Assembly: GCA_044892505.1 (NCBI GenBank)
Contig: CM097882.1
Coordinates: 183,024,001-183,088,000 of the forward strand
DNA from: Schmidtea nova
Lineage: Eukaryota
Reading direction: 5' to 3'
DNA length: 64,000 nt
Part shown: piece after piece, positions 1 to 12,719 of the stretch
Position numbering within the stretch: position 1 is the stretch's first letter
How the letters are laid out: each line of letters starts with the position of its first letter
The notes under the pieces: generated by a model
Databases searched by the model: none
What the model was told of the DNA's origin: nothing
What the model saw: the letters and a program-made list of their open reading frames with translations, nothing else
Position numbers and translations under genes: made by a program

Positions 1-715
1 CGTCTCCTTCGCACGCCCCTAACTATTCCCTAGCTAGTTAGGTTGGAACTGCGTGCGGTGGTTGAAAAATGATGGGCAGGTGAGCTCCATCGCTGGAACT
101 ACTCCCCATTTATTTTCACGGGTTCCCGCTGCCGCTAGAAGGTCTTACGCGTTATTCTCTCAATGTCTACGCTCAAATTCTTTAAAAAAATTAACAAACG
201 TCTTTTAAATAGAGATTTTATTTAGCTACAAACTCCTTACGCTATATAAAACCCAAAATAATGCGCTGCACCTTAAAATTATATTTATTTATAAAAACTC
301 TCGAAAATCTCCTTTACTTAAAATCACCGCTATGTCGTTGAATTGCTATGCGTAACAAAATCTATTGATCAAGTTCGTCTTGCTAACATTTTAATTCTGA
401 AATTAAATCGCTACATAAGATGTAAAATTCCTGTAAAACTCCAAAATTATCGCTGAAAAATGCGCAAACCTCAAAACCTATCGTTCAACACTCAAAAATC
501 CTATCACTATATGAAACCCTCAAAATCTATCGCAATTACCAAAACTATTCTCTATGTGTAACGATTCATTATGTGCAACCGAAAAAATATCCGAAAAATC
601 CCAGAATACATAAATTATAAAAAGGTACAACCGCCGTGTGAAGCAACGAGGCTCCACGATGACGGCTATGTCTCCCTCGCCGCGTTAGCAGCATAGGAAG
701 CATATCTATATAAAA
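1..715 (-). mobile_element. Diverged, shorter relative of the giant element's LTR (runs off the window start)
   Basis: Reverse complement of 629-700 matches LTR 22257-22328 (CTTCCTATGCTGCT.ACGCGGCGAGGGAG...CACA.GGCGGTT). Reverse complement of 1-150 matches LTR 24548-24690 (CCTTCTA.CGGCAGCG...AACCCGT...ATAAATGGGGAGTAGT...GCTCACCTGCCCATCAT). Confidence 0.7.
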
Positions 716-1014
716 ATTTTATATAATGACTACAATAATACTCATCATCGAATAGTTATTTTCGGAAAAATTAGCCTCAAAACTTTACTATGACCACTAG
801 ATAACAAATTACCCAACACATCTCACACAAAAATACTCAAATAACACAAAAATACCCGTTCGAAATTGATCCACACGACTGGCGAAATCAAAACCAAAAT
901 TTTGCTCTCAGTAAATTAATGCCAAGTAAGTTTAGATTGTGATTTTTCAGCGTCTATTTATACTAATTTTTCTGACGCTTACATAATTTGTTATTTACAT
1001 AATTTATTAACAAT

Positions 1015-1615
1015 TTAAACTTACTTATTAGTTTTAATAAGTGAGCATTTATTTATCTTTCATAAATTTAACTTTATAATTTGATTTATTTATTTCGAAA
1101 ATATTTGTTTTTAATTCTATTAAATTAGGTGTGTATCCATTGTTTTATTGTGCATTTATTGATTAAAACAATTTAATTTTAAATCTATTTTCATTCCTAT
1201 CTCTCTTAATTTTTGCGATATTTCAATAGGGATTTATTCTATAATTTTTAATAAATTATTTTCTTTATTCTGATACTGATTTTATTCTTTGATCATGCTT
1301 TTCATAATCACTTTACAAGCACTGATCTTCCCCATTCAATTCTCATGCGGTCCTTCGTGTGTAAATCCGACCTGCACTCAAATTGTGTGCTCTTCCTTGA
1401 GATGCCTCTTTTTTATCGCTTCAACCCTATCTCGATCGACTTATAAGATGCGGTTCGTATGACTACTATTGTACTTAACTGTTTTTATTTTCCTTGCGTT
1501 ATTTTACTGCTTAACGTCTTGTCGTGCGTTTCTCTTTGTTTCTCATTGTATGTATTTAATTTTTAATAATTTTTAATTAAATTCTATTTTTGATTTCACC
1601 AGCCTAACAAATGTA
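1015..1615. repeat. Dispersed AT-rich repeat, uninterrupted copy
   Basis: Colinear with 52842-53362 plus 58393-58490 (shared TTTAATAAGTGAG, TTCTTTGATCATG, CGTGTGTAAAT..ACCTGCACTCAAATTGTG, CGTATGACTACTATT). Confidence 0.75.
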
Positions 1616-1639
1616 ATTTTTAAAAATTGCTGATTGATG

Positions 1640-2480
1640 AAATTTAATAGCCATATGAACTTTAATTATATTAACACCAAGTGAAAGAAGTCTCTAATGA
1701 AGAAAGTGGTTCATCTTGGGATAATGCGTAAGAATTAAATTCTTCACTTTCGAATCTGGTGCGCACATATTTTAGGCTGCCACTGGTAAGTCATCTAATT
1801 TATCATGTATCGAAGAAAGAATTTCTAGATCTACTTCAATTGTGTAACCAAATGAAAAGTAATTCTAGATCTGCCGATTTACAATGAAATATTATATTAT
1901 TTAATTCGGTGATTTCCGTTACCCATTGAAATTTACCCGTAGGTAATTTTTGGCTAATTGCACAATCATACAGATTGTTGATATCAATATACAACAACTC
2001 TGTATTTTCATCCGTCTTGACATAATGTTTATTAACAAATGTTAACCCCCTCCTCAACCCACCCTCAAAGAAATTATACATTTCCATATCTTGAAGCAGT
2101 TCAATTGGGAAATCTAGTGTTATGAGAGATGAACTTCAAGACATGCTGGGTATCCCTAAGAAATTTCATGTCTCAAGACGATTATGATTAATTGATTTTG
2201 TTCGAAATTGTTGAAAGTAGTCTGCAAGTAAAATAACATAAAGTTTAAGATAAACCATCATGTAATCAAGTAGTGATTTACAATTGGTTTCATCCCATAT
2301 ACATATTGAGCTAAAGTGTATTCAGTTTCGGTAACTTCTACCAAAATTGGTGGTAAATGCATAGTAGATTCAAGTACCTCTAAATTTGTAGCTATATTAT
2401 ATAGAAATATCCCCTTTGAATTTATTATTGACCCCATAAATTCGCTTGATGTTAATGGTAATGAATTTAAAGTTTTCACA
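1640..2480 (-). pseudogene. Decayed protein-primed family-B DNA polymerase fragments (Polinton/adintovirus-like)
   Basis: ORF 1836-2087 MYNFFEGGLRRGLTFVNKHY...LLYIDINNLYDCAISQKLPTGKFQW resembles the pPolB segment MYxFxExGIRGG...YxDxNNLYGxAMSxxLPxGxFxW. ORF 2258-2479 has an LPP...TETEYTLAQYVY remnant. Frame is broken. Confidence 0.6.
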
Positions 2481-3129
2481 GCCTTAGATAATGAATAGTT
2501 AATAAATTGACATAAATCTATAAATTTTAATTAAAATTCTTCTATTTTAGCTGTTAAAGTTAGAAACTTTTCGTTAGTTGTTGGAATGCAATTAAATTTC
2601 CATTTTAAACATTTACTAAAACCATATTTAAGTATATGATGAAGATCATATCCTATCAAATTATGAAATAAAATCGGTAAAAATCGATTGATTCGACGTG
2701 AAACATTACAATTCCTACAAACAGCACCTAAAACCTTTCCAGAGTACTGGTCATAATCACGAACCTTGGCTATTAATAAGTATTTGTTCGGTTTCTGAAA
2801 TTAAGGGAACATTATTTAGCGGTATATTATTTAAGTTTCGATATGTGCAGGTTGAATATTTAAGTGTTCTTTAACTTCTTCTTCGGAATCTGAAATAATG
2901 ATTATTTCAGGTTTTATATCTTCGAAGATTATTCTTACATTATTTTTACGGAATATTTTAGTGGGACTATTTCTATCGCAATTACATTTTCGTTTATTAT
3001 TTTTATTATTAATGTTGTTATTATCAATTCTGTTATTAAGTAGGTAGAAGTGTGGAGCCGGAAACAAAGACATGAGTGGGAATGAAAAAGAACAAATAAC
3101 CCCCTCCCCAAGGGGGTAAAAAAAATTTT

Positions 3130-3575
3130 GATGACTCATAATTTTTTCGAAAATTTTTCTTTTTTCAAAAATTTTTTTTATGACGTATCGATAAGTCATT
3201 ATTGACTCATATTTTATCGAAAAATATTGTTTTTTCAACAATTTTTTTTTAAAAATCTTTTTTTAGTCATCGATGACTCATACTTTTTTTATAAAACAAT
3301 TCAATGTTTTTTTAAAAAAAAAATTTATTTGACTAATTGATGACTCATCCAAAAATTTTTATGACTCGTCAAAAAATAAGAAAATTTTTTTTTGAACTTT
3401 CTCAATTTTGATTATTTTGAATTTTTTTTTTGGTTTGTATGACTCATCTCTGACTCAGCTATTTTTTGAGAAGTTTTTTTTAATTTTAAAACTTTTTATA
3501 TTTAAATCGATGACTTATCACATTGATGACTCACCCTCATGACTCATCGATGACTCACTCGATGACTCATTTAAA
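3130..3575. repeat. Cluster of about ten TGACTCA motifs in poly-A/T spacers (probable transposon subterminal repeats)
   Basis: (A)TGACTCA at about 3132, 3204, 3274, 3341, 3440, 3452, 3527, 3540, 3551 and 3563. Confidence 0.55.
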
Positions 3576-5245
3576 ATGTGAATTAAGTGACGTCATCGAT
3601 AACTTATTTCAAATTAAAAAAATTTTAAAAGTACAAGTATCAAGGTCAAATTTGATATCGTTCGCAAGACATTTTAGTGACGCACACTATGGTACAATTT
3701 TGGAAGGTGTCCGATCAAAAAATAAAATTTTGAAACAAAAAGAAAAATACTTAAAGTACCAAGGTTAAAAGTGGTATCGTTCACTCTGCATTTCAGTGAC
3801 GCACACGGTGGTACCATTTTTTAAGTTGTCTGATAGAAAAATTAAATTTTGGACCAAAAATTAAAAAAAATTCAAGTACCAATGGTATCATTCGAACCGC
3901 CACCGCTATATGAACACGATGCTATATAATTTCATACTTAGTTTTGCCCGGGTGAACAATAAAATTTTAAAAAAAATAATAATTAAATATTGAAACTTGG
4001 CTCAAACCTTTTAAGAACAAAAAGAAATACATTTTCTTAGAAATTTTATTTGATATATAAACATTTTATTGCCAAATATTATTCAAAATTTATATTGGCC
4101 TCATTGTGATATTTTCTAAAGCATCCTACTACACATAAATAAACGTTGCATTCGTCATACTGATAATGAGTTTTCCGTCGAATTTTCTTTCCTCTGGCGT
4201 CTTTCATTCGATGGCATAGTATACACTGGCGTGTAGGGTTTTTTCAGTAGGAAGAATAAATCCAGGGAAATGCTTGCTGGATAAACGGTGGAGTAACATT
4301 GCATTTTCTGAATTTGGTCGGCCACATATTTTCTAAGCGTATAAACTGTAAACGAGTATATTCTGGTGGAAACTAAATGAGACTGACAGCGCAGAACTGC
4401 ATTATATTTAATATGCAGTTTGCCCGAGTAATCTCGGGATATACCAAATTTGCTTTTTTTATTGCCCGAGTATACTCGGGCGAGACGGTTAAGTGGTTAA
4501 TATAATTGACAATATTATCATAAAATAAATTTAAAAAGTAAAATAAATTATTATTATTAAGAAAATTCTCTTAAAATAAATACTTTCATTTGTTTCCTTT
4601 ATTGTTGTCAATCATCGTGGAAATATCAATCGAGGCATTATAAACATTTTCGTTTAAATTTCCTATTAACAATATTAATATCTATATAATAACTTAAAAA
4701 AATAAGTTTAAAGTTTCCATTAATTCGATATACTGATTCATTTAAATTTCCTTTAATAAATAAAAACAGTTAAGAAACTAACTAGATTATTATGTCATTG
4801 ATTATATAATGGAAATATGAATATAAAGTGCTACGTAATATACAAAGTAATTATATAATACTACAGTATTACATATTTTATATACCCCTATCCCCAAAAC
4901 AAATAAGGGGCGCTAGGGGTGACTGTAAAATTATTATGTAATTTATACAGTTTATGGATAAATGGCTTGTGCCAGAGAGCTCACATTTTTATAAAACCCC
5001 CTATTTTAATTCTTTCAAAACATTTGTAATGAAGATAAGAAGCACAACAGACCATAAAATTTGTAATCACATATCAGATATAGAATTCTTAAAAATTTAA
5101 AACTTTTTTGTTAATTATAAATACCCTGGCCTACCAAATGTCTCCATTCAGGCAGTTATTTACATATTGCAGTTTATAAGGAACATCAATGGGAACAAAT
5201 GTCACAAACACATACGAATACTGAATGTCTGTAGTACTGAAAGAG

Positions 5246-5780
5246 TTAGTACTTCTTTATATTACTTTTCATATGGATAACAAGGCGCACTCGTTTAGGC
5301 ATTATATAGACCACTTTTGCCAGGAAATCAAGGGAGATGTGTGACCATTCCTCATACAAATGCGTTTTCAGTTCGGAGGCGTTACGGGTAATGGGAATCC
5401 TTTTGTGAACTCGTCTATCAAGGACGTCCCACAGAAATTCAATAGAATTCAGTAGTTTGTGGAACCCAATCCAAAACGTTGATGCTGGCATGCACAGGGC
5501 CAGTGTTAAATATGGACACTAATTTGGACAGGGGTAACCGACGATGAGTCACCACAAGTCGTTTCAGCTGCCGTTGTGGACGGATGCTCAGAAGTTTATG
5601 GCGGCCTGAACGTTGCTTGTTGATGTGTGTCTGCTCCTGGCGGTACTTCCTCAGGAAGTAGTTAATAGTTCCTTTGAGATGGCCAGTCAATGCAGCAGTT
5701 TTACTCTGACTTTTTCCACAAAGGTAACATCCGTAAATAATGTCTTTCTGAAAGTCTGTAAGCTCTCTCCGAGTAGCCAT
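5246..5780 (-). pseudogene. Internally deleted Tc1/mariner transposase
   Basis: N-terminal Tc1/Tc3-type HTH region (RRELTDFQKDII...RSGRHKLLSIRPQRQLKRLV) is joined directly to the C-terminal end (SIEFLWDVLDRRV...LKTHLYEEWSHI...MPKRVRLVI). The DDE core is missing. Confidence 0.8.
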
Positions 5781-6555
5781 ATTCTAAGAAAATGACAATC
5801 CTTCATTAACATGACTCACTTTTATCACTGTGTGTGTCTGGTGTGAGTAGTCATATTCTGTATGCGTTTGTGTGTGTGAGTGCGTGTGTACATGTGCGCA
5901 TGCAGCATGTTGAAGGTGTTGGTGACCTTTGTTCCCATTGCTGTTCATTTTTTCACTACAGACGTTCATTATAAACTGTAATATGTAAATAACTGCCTGA
6001 CTGGAGACTTTTGGGAGGCCTGGGTATTTTATAGGAGATTTTTTTACCAAAAAAAAATACATTGAAAACAAAAGAGTGATAAAAATGTTGAACACTTTAC
6101 CAGCACTTAACATACCAGAGTGGTGTAATAACTACTTTTTAGACTTTTAAATGTTTTCTAATTATTTCATTAAATATATTTTGTTTTATTGCCTATACTA
6201 AAAAATGATTTTAACTTATTTTTATTGTAAATAATTTCAAAAACATGGAAAAAATCATTATTTCCTACAAAGTAATTAAAAATAAAATATAAATACGATT
6301 TTAGAACATATATAATCTTACAAAGCTTGTAAATATCTTCTATCATTATGAGACCGAAATAAAAGCCTTAAAAGACACCTTTATAAATTAATTTTGCCGA
6401 CAGTCATTTAAAAATGACTAAATTGCTATAAATGAAACAAACATTTATAACAAACAAACATCATAAAACGTTTATCTATTTTAGAGAATTATTCTGTAGA
6501 AAACTATGTATCGGGGTTGCAACTTTCATTGCTGATACCCCTAAAACAAAAGTTA

Positions 6556-6711
6556 CAGGGTTGTTCAAAACCATATATTCATTTATTCAAAACTATATAT
6601 TCATTTATTCAAAAATAAATTAATATATAGTTTTGAATAAATTAATATATAGTTTTGAAAAAATGAATATATGGTTTTGAATAAATGAATATATGGTTTT
6701 GAATAACCCTG
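6556..6711. mobile_element. 156-bp mariner-type fold-back MITE
   Basis: TA-CAGGGTTGTTCAAAA...TTTTGAATAACCCTG-TA. Arms are built from about 22-bp units (AAAACCATATATTCATTTATTC) in inverted orientation; TA flanks both ends. Confidence 0.8.
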
Positions 6712-6784
6712 TATTAAGAAAAATCAAAAATAAACATTTATTTAAAAAATATCTTCTTTCGTTGGTTAAAATTTTGCTTGTTGA

Positions 6785-6975
6785 AATTTTCTGCGTTATA
6801 AATTTCAATTCTCTGCGTTGTAAATTTAAATTCTTCTGTGTTGTAAATTTAAATTCTTCTGCGTTATAAATTTCAATTCTCTGCGTTGTAAATTTCAATT
6901 CTTCTGTGTTGTAAATTTCAATTCTTCTGCGTTATAAATTTCAATTCTTCCGCGTTATAAATTTTCTGCGTTTTT
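6785..6975. repeat. About 21-22 bp minisatellite running into an assembly gap
   Basis: Repeated TTCTGYGTTRTAAATTTMAATTC units. Confidence 0.8.
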
Positions 6976-8096
6976 TGAATTTCCTCTCAAATCTGNNNNN
7001 NNNNNNNNNNNNNNNNNNNNNNNNNNNNNNNNNNNNNNNNNNNNNNNNNNNNNNNNNNNNNNNNNNNNNNNNNNNNNNNNNNNNNNNNNNNNNNNNNNNN
7101 NNNNNNNNNNNNNNNNNNNNNNNNNNNNNNNNTACTAAAAAAAATTTTATCTTAGTTAAAAGTATCGAAATTTAATTATTTTTCCACAAACATATTCCAA
7201 ACATACTTTAATCTTATAAAATAAATAATCATAAATATTTATAAATATTATTACTTTTTTGTACTATTAAATGTTAATTTCTGATAGATAGGACCTTGTA
7301 CAAACACCAAATTGAAATAAAACATTTTTCTCCACAACTAAATAAACAGAAAATAATAAGATTAATTAAATTGAAATGATAAACTTTAAAAATTTAATAT
7401 AAGTTTAAATTTGCCAAGAAATATTATAAATTTCATATGCCATGAATTTTCGGCACTTACTCAAATGACAAAAATTCGTGTTAAATATGAAATAAAATGT
7501 CGACTGATCTATATACATATATTTTGTTGTAACTGTTATTTTTTTATTGATTAGTTATATGCTTATTATTCCGAGTCCTACCCCCTTTGTTGTCATCGTA
7601 TGGCCGTTTATTCCCTATAGTAAGTACCTTGCCAACATACTATAGGGAATTTGAAAAAAAAAATTAATAAAAATTATTAATTAAAAATCCTCTAGAGATT
7701 ATAACCCATAGTTCCTCGACGACTCTCTGCCAAGTATTATTTGTTATTAACTATCCGGCAAGAATGTGAGTAGCCAATTTTCTTTTTTTGTTGTGTTTCA
7801 AAAAATACAATTTTATAAAGTTATTATTTAATATTTGCGATTACTAATTGTTAATTATCAAAACAACAACATACACCTGCAGGTAGTCATCACATTACAT
7901 ACCCAACACAACATTCACCCCAGCTGTCCCGACACACTTTTACAGGTGACTCGGCTGGGCTCACCAGACTTCCTAATAACATTACCATTTACCACAAATT
8001 ACCACAACATAAAGTTACATTACAATTATACATACATTTAATTACATACACAGATAAACACAATACAAATATAATCATATAATTTCCCAATATAAC

Positions 8097-8590
8097 TGGT
8101 GTCAGAAGCAAAAACAATAAAATACACAACATACACATTCGACGAATCTTTGTGTTTTTCAAACGTGAAGTCTTATATAATACCTATTATAGAAGTATAA
8201 AGATTAACGTCTCTGTTAGCTGAACACAGTAGGCTATAACCTTCAAACACCATCAATTTTTTCACATCACAAACAACAATAACAAAAACAAACAAATGGC
8301 TACCAACCCCTTCAACCAATTAAAAAAGCAACACTAAACCCAAACTACCCCAACAAGCCTAACGAAGACCCATTCGACTACAACGCAGACAGCACATATA
8401 CAATCAACTCAATAACAAACCCAGAAGGCTACATACCTACATGTTTCACTGATGAAAACGGAACCTCACAAAAATGGCTAGACTTATCAAAATTAACTTT
8501 AACCTTAATGGGAATAAAATCGCCAAAAACACTGTGTTCCCACATACTAGCCGCACTACCCTACAATAAATTGACATACTATTGAGAAAT
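8097..8590 (+). mobile_element. Gypsy 5' remnant: PBS-like motif and decayed gag start
   Basis: TGGTGTCAGAAGC (a common Gypsy PBS form) at 8097, followed by a frameshifted gag-like peptide ...PTCFTDENGTSQKWLDLSKLTLTLMGIKSPKTLCSHILAALP. Truncated by the N gap. Confidence 0.45.
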
Positions 8591-8949
8591 CATATATAAT
8601 CATATAATTATAATTATAATATNNNNNNNNNNNNNNNNNNNNNNNNNNNNNNNNNNNNNNNNNNNNNNNNNNNNNNNNNNNNNNNNNNNNNNNNNNNNNN
8701 NNNNNNNNNNNNNNNNNNNNNNNNNNNNNNNNNNNNNNNNNNNNNNNNNNNNNNNNNNNNNNNNNNNNNNNNNNNNNNNNNNNNNNNNNNNNNNNNNNNN
8801 NNNNNNNNNNNNNNNNNNNNNNNNNNNNNNNNNNNNNNNNNNNNNNNNNNNNNNNNNNNNNNNNNNNNNNNNNNNNNNNNNNNNNNNNNNNNNNNNNNNN
8901 NNNNNNNNNNNNNNNNNNNNNNNNNNNNNNNNNNNNNNNNNNNNNNNNN

Positions 8950-9071
8950 CTAAATAGCGAATATACTTCATGACATCAGGAATTGATGTAAAAGGAGCTT
9001 CTAAATATAATGCCATGACGTTATAAGTTAGTCTCAATGATGCTAACTTATTTACCAATAATGAAGAAATT
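8950..9071 (-). CDS. ABHD12: ABHD12-like lipase exon (GISSLLVNKL...ALYLEAPFTSIPDV), runs into gap
   Basis: LYLEAPFT matches ABHD12 LILESPFT. AG acceptor at 9072-9073 after a 58-nt GT-AG intron; phase-compatible with the previous exon. Confidence 0.75.
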
Positions 9072-9129
9072 CTAATTAACATCAATATAGTTAAAATAAT
9101 AATGCAAATCATCAAAAAATATATTTTAC

Positions 9130-9262
9130 CCAGTTCCAAGTGAATGCCCCCAGAGAAATACAGAACTGTTCGGAGCTATTTTCATTAAATAACTGAAAGT
9201 CGTGAAAGCATCTTCAAGTACGTCATCTTCGGTTTTTAGGGTTCCATCGGAATCTCCATATC
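9130..9262 (-). CDS. ABHD12: ABHD12-like lipase exon carrying the catalytic GHSLG nucleophile elbow
   Basis: Not in the ORF track. Translates GYGDSDGTLKTEDDVLEDAFTTFSYLMKIAPNSSVFLWGHSLGTG, with AG and GT borders; the phase joins the DYRG exon. Confidence 0.85.
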
Positions 9263-9972
9263 CTATTATGAGAAGAAAAATTACTTCATAACTTCTGATT
9301 TCAATTACATAAAAAATGAGGTTTTAAACTCAATGCCTGCAATTAATTAGTTAATTTATTCAAATTTATTTGCGGGACAGCTTATAAAATGCTTGCTAAA
9401 GATATTTATTGAAATTATTTTATTTAACTATCCTATAAAGTTTATATTATAAACGAAATTATTTTGTAATTTGAAGTTTAAATTGATCTTGATTGGAGTT
9501 TGCATTTGAATTAGTGTTGGGAAGATATTCTTTTATTTAGAATAAAAAAAATTCTAGATATATTTAAAAAATTACATTGAAAAATAAATTATTAACTTTA
9601 TAAATTATTAAGCTTTATTAACTGTAGTTTATTTAGGGTTTTCAGTTGCCCCGTGAATCATGAATAAAACTGTTTTAATGACTTTTATAGAAAATATAAA
9701 TTGTGAAGATTAACATAAGCAGATATTAATTTTCTATGTATTACTTCTGACACTCCACACATTTCTGCCAGCACTATAAGAAGTATAAAAATGTAATAGG
9801 ACCATAGAACCAAAAGGAAATCCTAGAAAAATGGCTAAAAAGAAAAAAGAGAGACCTCTGATTCTTACAAAAGAAACATTGGAAAGTGTACTCCAAATCA
9901 AACTCGATATGGAAACATTCAAAAAGATAAGGATTTTCTTATAAATACGAATTCAAATCAGAAAATGACAGA

Positions 9973-11280
9973 ATGATCACTTACAGAATCATATCGGAAT
10001 ATCTTAATAAAACAAAACTGCAAAACATGGAAAATATAAATATCGCAAATTTTGCAAATAAATTCTCAATTACCGAATCATGGTTAAAAAATCTAAAACC
10101 AAAAATTAGCAAGCCAGTCTTAAGGGAAGAAAACATCATCTTGCTAAACACCCTCTCCGCACTAGTAAATGACTTTCAATTCACAGACCAGAGCGAACAA
10201 ACAAGAATTGCTAACTTCTTCCAATTCTTCACTCAAAGAACCATAATAGGTATCCCTAGGGAGTACAAATTCCAGAAAAGTATTACAAAACACAAAGTCA
10301 AACCAACTCATAAAACAACGACGAAAAATCTAGCAAAACCAAAGAAAGCGATTTTAAAGGAAACATTACCAATACCTAATAATGATATGTCTTCACGAGA
10401 TTCATATGAGGACATAAGCTCAATTATAGAAAGATCACATGAGTCTGATCACCCATACTACTATGAAGATCCTATGTACAAAGCAATTACACCATCACAA
10501 ATCGTTGATTATGATAAAAATTGCAGAAAGAAAAAGAACTCGTATGGAGAAAAGTGAAAGAAAGCTATCAGAAACACTATAAGGCTGATGCGAGAAAAAA
10601 AACATTACCACTCAATAATCAACACAAATTATGTAACAACAAACTCAAAAGAGACTATTAATGACAGCTTGATTTCCGAAATTAAGTCTGAATGTACGAA
10701 AAAAATTGATTCTAAGACTGATCCACTACCAGTTATCACATAAACTCTTCTACCTAGGAAATAAACTGCACCAACTGACTCCTTAGAGGAAGAAAACCAA
10801 AGAAAGAGATTCCAAGCTATTTCAACAAACTATTTCAACGTGAACGAAAGTCAAAAAGATCTTCCAAAGTTTGGCCTAATTCTTCACAAGACACGAGGAA
10901 TAATATGCAACATGGGTTGCGATAAAGCTTCTACATCCTATCATAACGCAATGAACCACTGCCGTCAGAAACATAATTACCCTTCAAGGAAACCAGCAAC
11001 GGTACAGTGTTATCACTGATTTGAAACTATACAATCGAACAGCTGGGATGAACACATAAAAACACATATGAAACCGATCATTACACCTAAAGTAGATGAA
11101 TCCCATGACAGCTCTCGAAACATTGATCTTGACCTCATAAGATCTGAATCAGAGTACTCAACTTCCAACAAACCAAGTGGACAACATGAATTAGACATTT
11201 CAGGATCGGAAACGGAATTCTCAGCACCCGAACAACTGCCAACACCAAATGAACCCGATTGCCATTGGGAATTCCAATAA
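9973..11280 (+). pseudogene. Degenerate ORF cluster with one C2H2 zinc finger, probably transposon-derived
   Basis: ORFs 9973-10557 and 11068-11280, plus an in-between frame at about 10905-10975 reading CNMGCDKASTSYHNAMNHCRQKH (C-x3-C-x12-H-x4-H). Multiple stops; no RT motif seen. Confidence 0.3.
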
Positions 11281-11554
11281 TCTTTCTAAAGCCTCATCTA
11301 GAAACAAGCATACTCAGCAAAGAACATCAACAACCAAGCCTATTCAGCAAAAAGAATGAATGCAAATACCCAACCAATGACGATAAGTACATAATTCAAC
11401 TAAAAGAACACAAGAATGAGAAAGGAAAGACCTCTGGGTTGAATAAAGTAAATCGCTAGCTTCAGGTTTGGGTTTTTATCCTCTTAATAACCGACCTGAC
11501 TCTGAGATCAGATACAATAGTCTATCATTGAATGTTGTAATTAATAAATTTTTG

Positions 11555-11774
11555 ACTTTTCTGACACCTCTTGCTACATACTCTGTACAATTCAAAAGGA
11601 TCGGTAGGCCGCGCTTTCACGGTATGTATTCGTACTGAAAATCAATATCAAGGAAGCTTTTCCCATTTTAGTCAACACCAGGTTTCTGTCCTGGTTGAGC
11701 TTCCCTTGGGACATCTGCGTTATCTTTTGACAGATGTACCGCCCCAGTCAAACTCCTCGCCTGACACTGTCCTC
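11555..11774 (-). rRNA. Isolated eukaryotic 28S rRNA fragment (pseudogenic)
   Basis: Minus strand reads GACAGTGTCAGGCGAGGAGTTTGACTGGGGCGGTACATCTGTCAAA...TTTTCAGTACGAATAC...GAGGTGTCAGAAAAGT, matching the conserved LSU core. No flanking rDNA. Confidence 0.9.
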
Positions 11775-12719
11775 AAAACAGTTCAAAAGTATCCATAGAT
11801 CGTCTAACGGAAACCAAACTAGAAAACTAACAGTAATTTACATGGTTTAATTAGGACAATATCCTGCCTAATGTGGACAATTTATGATCACAATACGTGC
11901 ATAGTATGACATCGTACGGTACATATTTACATGTTTTATTACATGTAATATATGTTGTTTTCAGTTACCGCTAAATATCTAGGCGAGTTAGACGTACTGT
12001 AGTGTAATCCTACTTGCTTCTGTCAATTATGTATATTTAGAGTTATTTGTGCAAACTTGTTTCGATCCATTTTATTAAAAAATTTATTACACTTCCCAAG
12101 ATGCCAAGAAATGATTTGACACTTAGAAAAAATTTCTCTACTCGATACAATTAAATAGCAGCCTAAGTTTGCTAAGATAACTGGTGTACAAAAATCTACC
12201 ATTTCACGCCTCTTAAAACAAGAAAATAAACCTCGTCAGAAGTAGGTAGTTGTGAACCCTCGATGACTTATCTTTGCAGGTGAGAACATCCATCCAGAAA
12301 ATCTTGTGCATCCGCGATGACATCGATTTTCCTGTGATTTCAGTAATCGAAAAGCCATCCAGGGTTCAAAAACAAAGGAATTTCCACGGGATTTTCAAAT
12401 TTCACACCCCCAAAAGTACAAGATATCTCTGAGATCTGCATGATACGTCCATAAAAAGTTTGAAACAAAGAAATATTTTAGTAATAAAAAATTAAAATTT
12501 ATATATAATTTACTATAATTTTTTCTTTTTAACCATTTCACTAGCACTATGCAAAAGGGCACCGTCTCCCACGGACCAATGACATATTTTTGAACAGTTT
12601 TACACAAAAAAAGTCAGAATCTATGCCTATATCATTGTCCCAAATATGAGACGTTGGTCTGTTAAAACAAACCATATGGCACATATTTCACCCGGGTGGT
12701 AGCGAACGTGTTAAAATAA

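Noticed and set aside
2831-3768. ORFs 2831-3241 and 3523-3768
   Set aside because: They run through poly-A/T tracts and TGACTCA repeats; no protein-like signal.
5784-6113. 109-aa ORF with His/Thr repeats
   Set aside because: Produced by (CA/TG)n-like microsatellite sequence in the Tc1 leader region.
6975-9139. ORFs spanning N runs (also 61227-61580)
   Set aside because: Artefacts of assembly gaps, apart from the real ABHD12-like exon within 8950-9071.
11555-11774. Functional rDNA locus or canonical R2 insertion
   Set aside because: Only about 220 bp of 28S is present and the R2 target TTAAGG/TAGCCA is not included.
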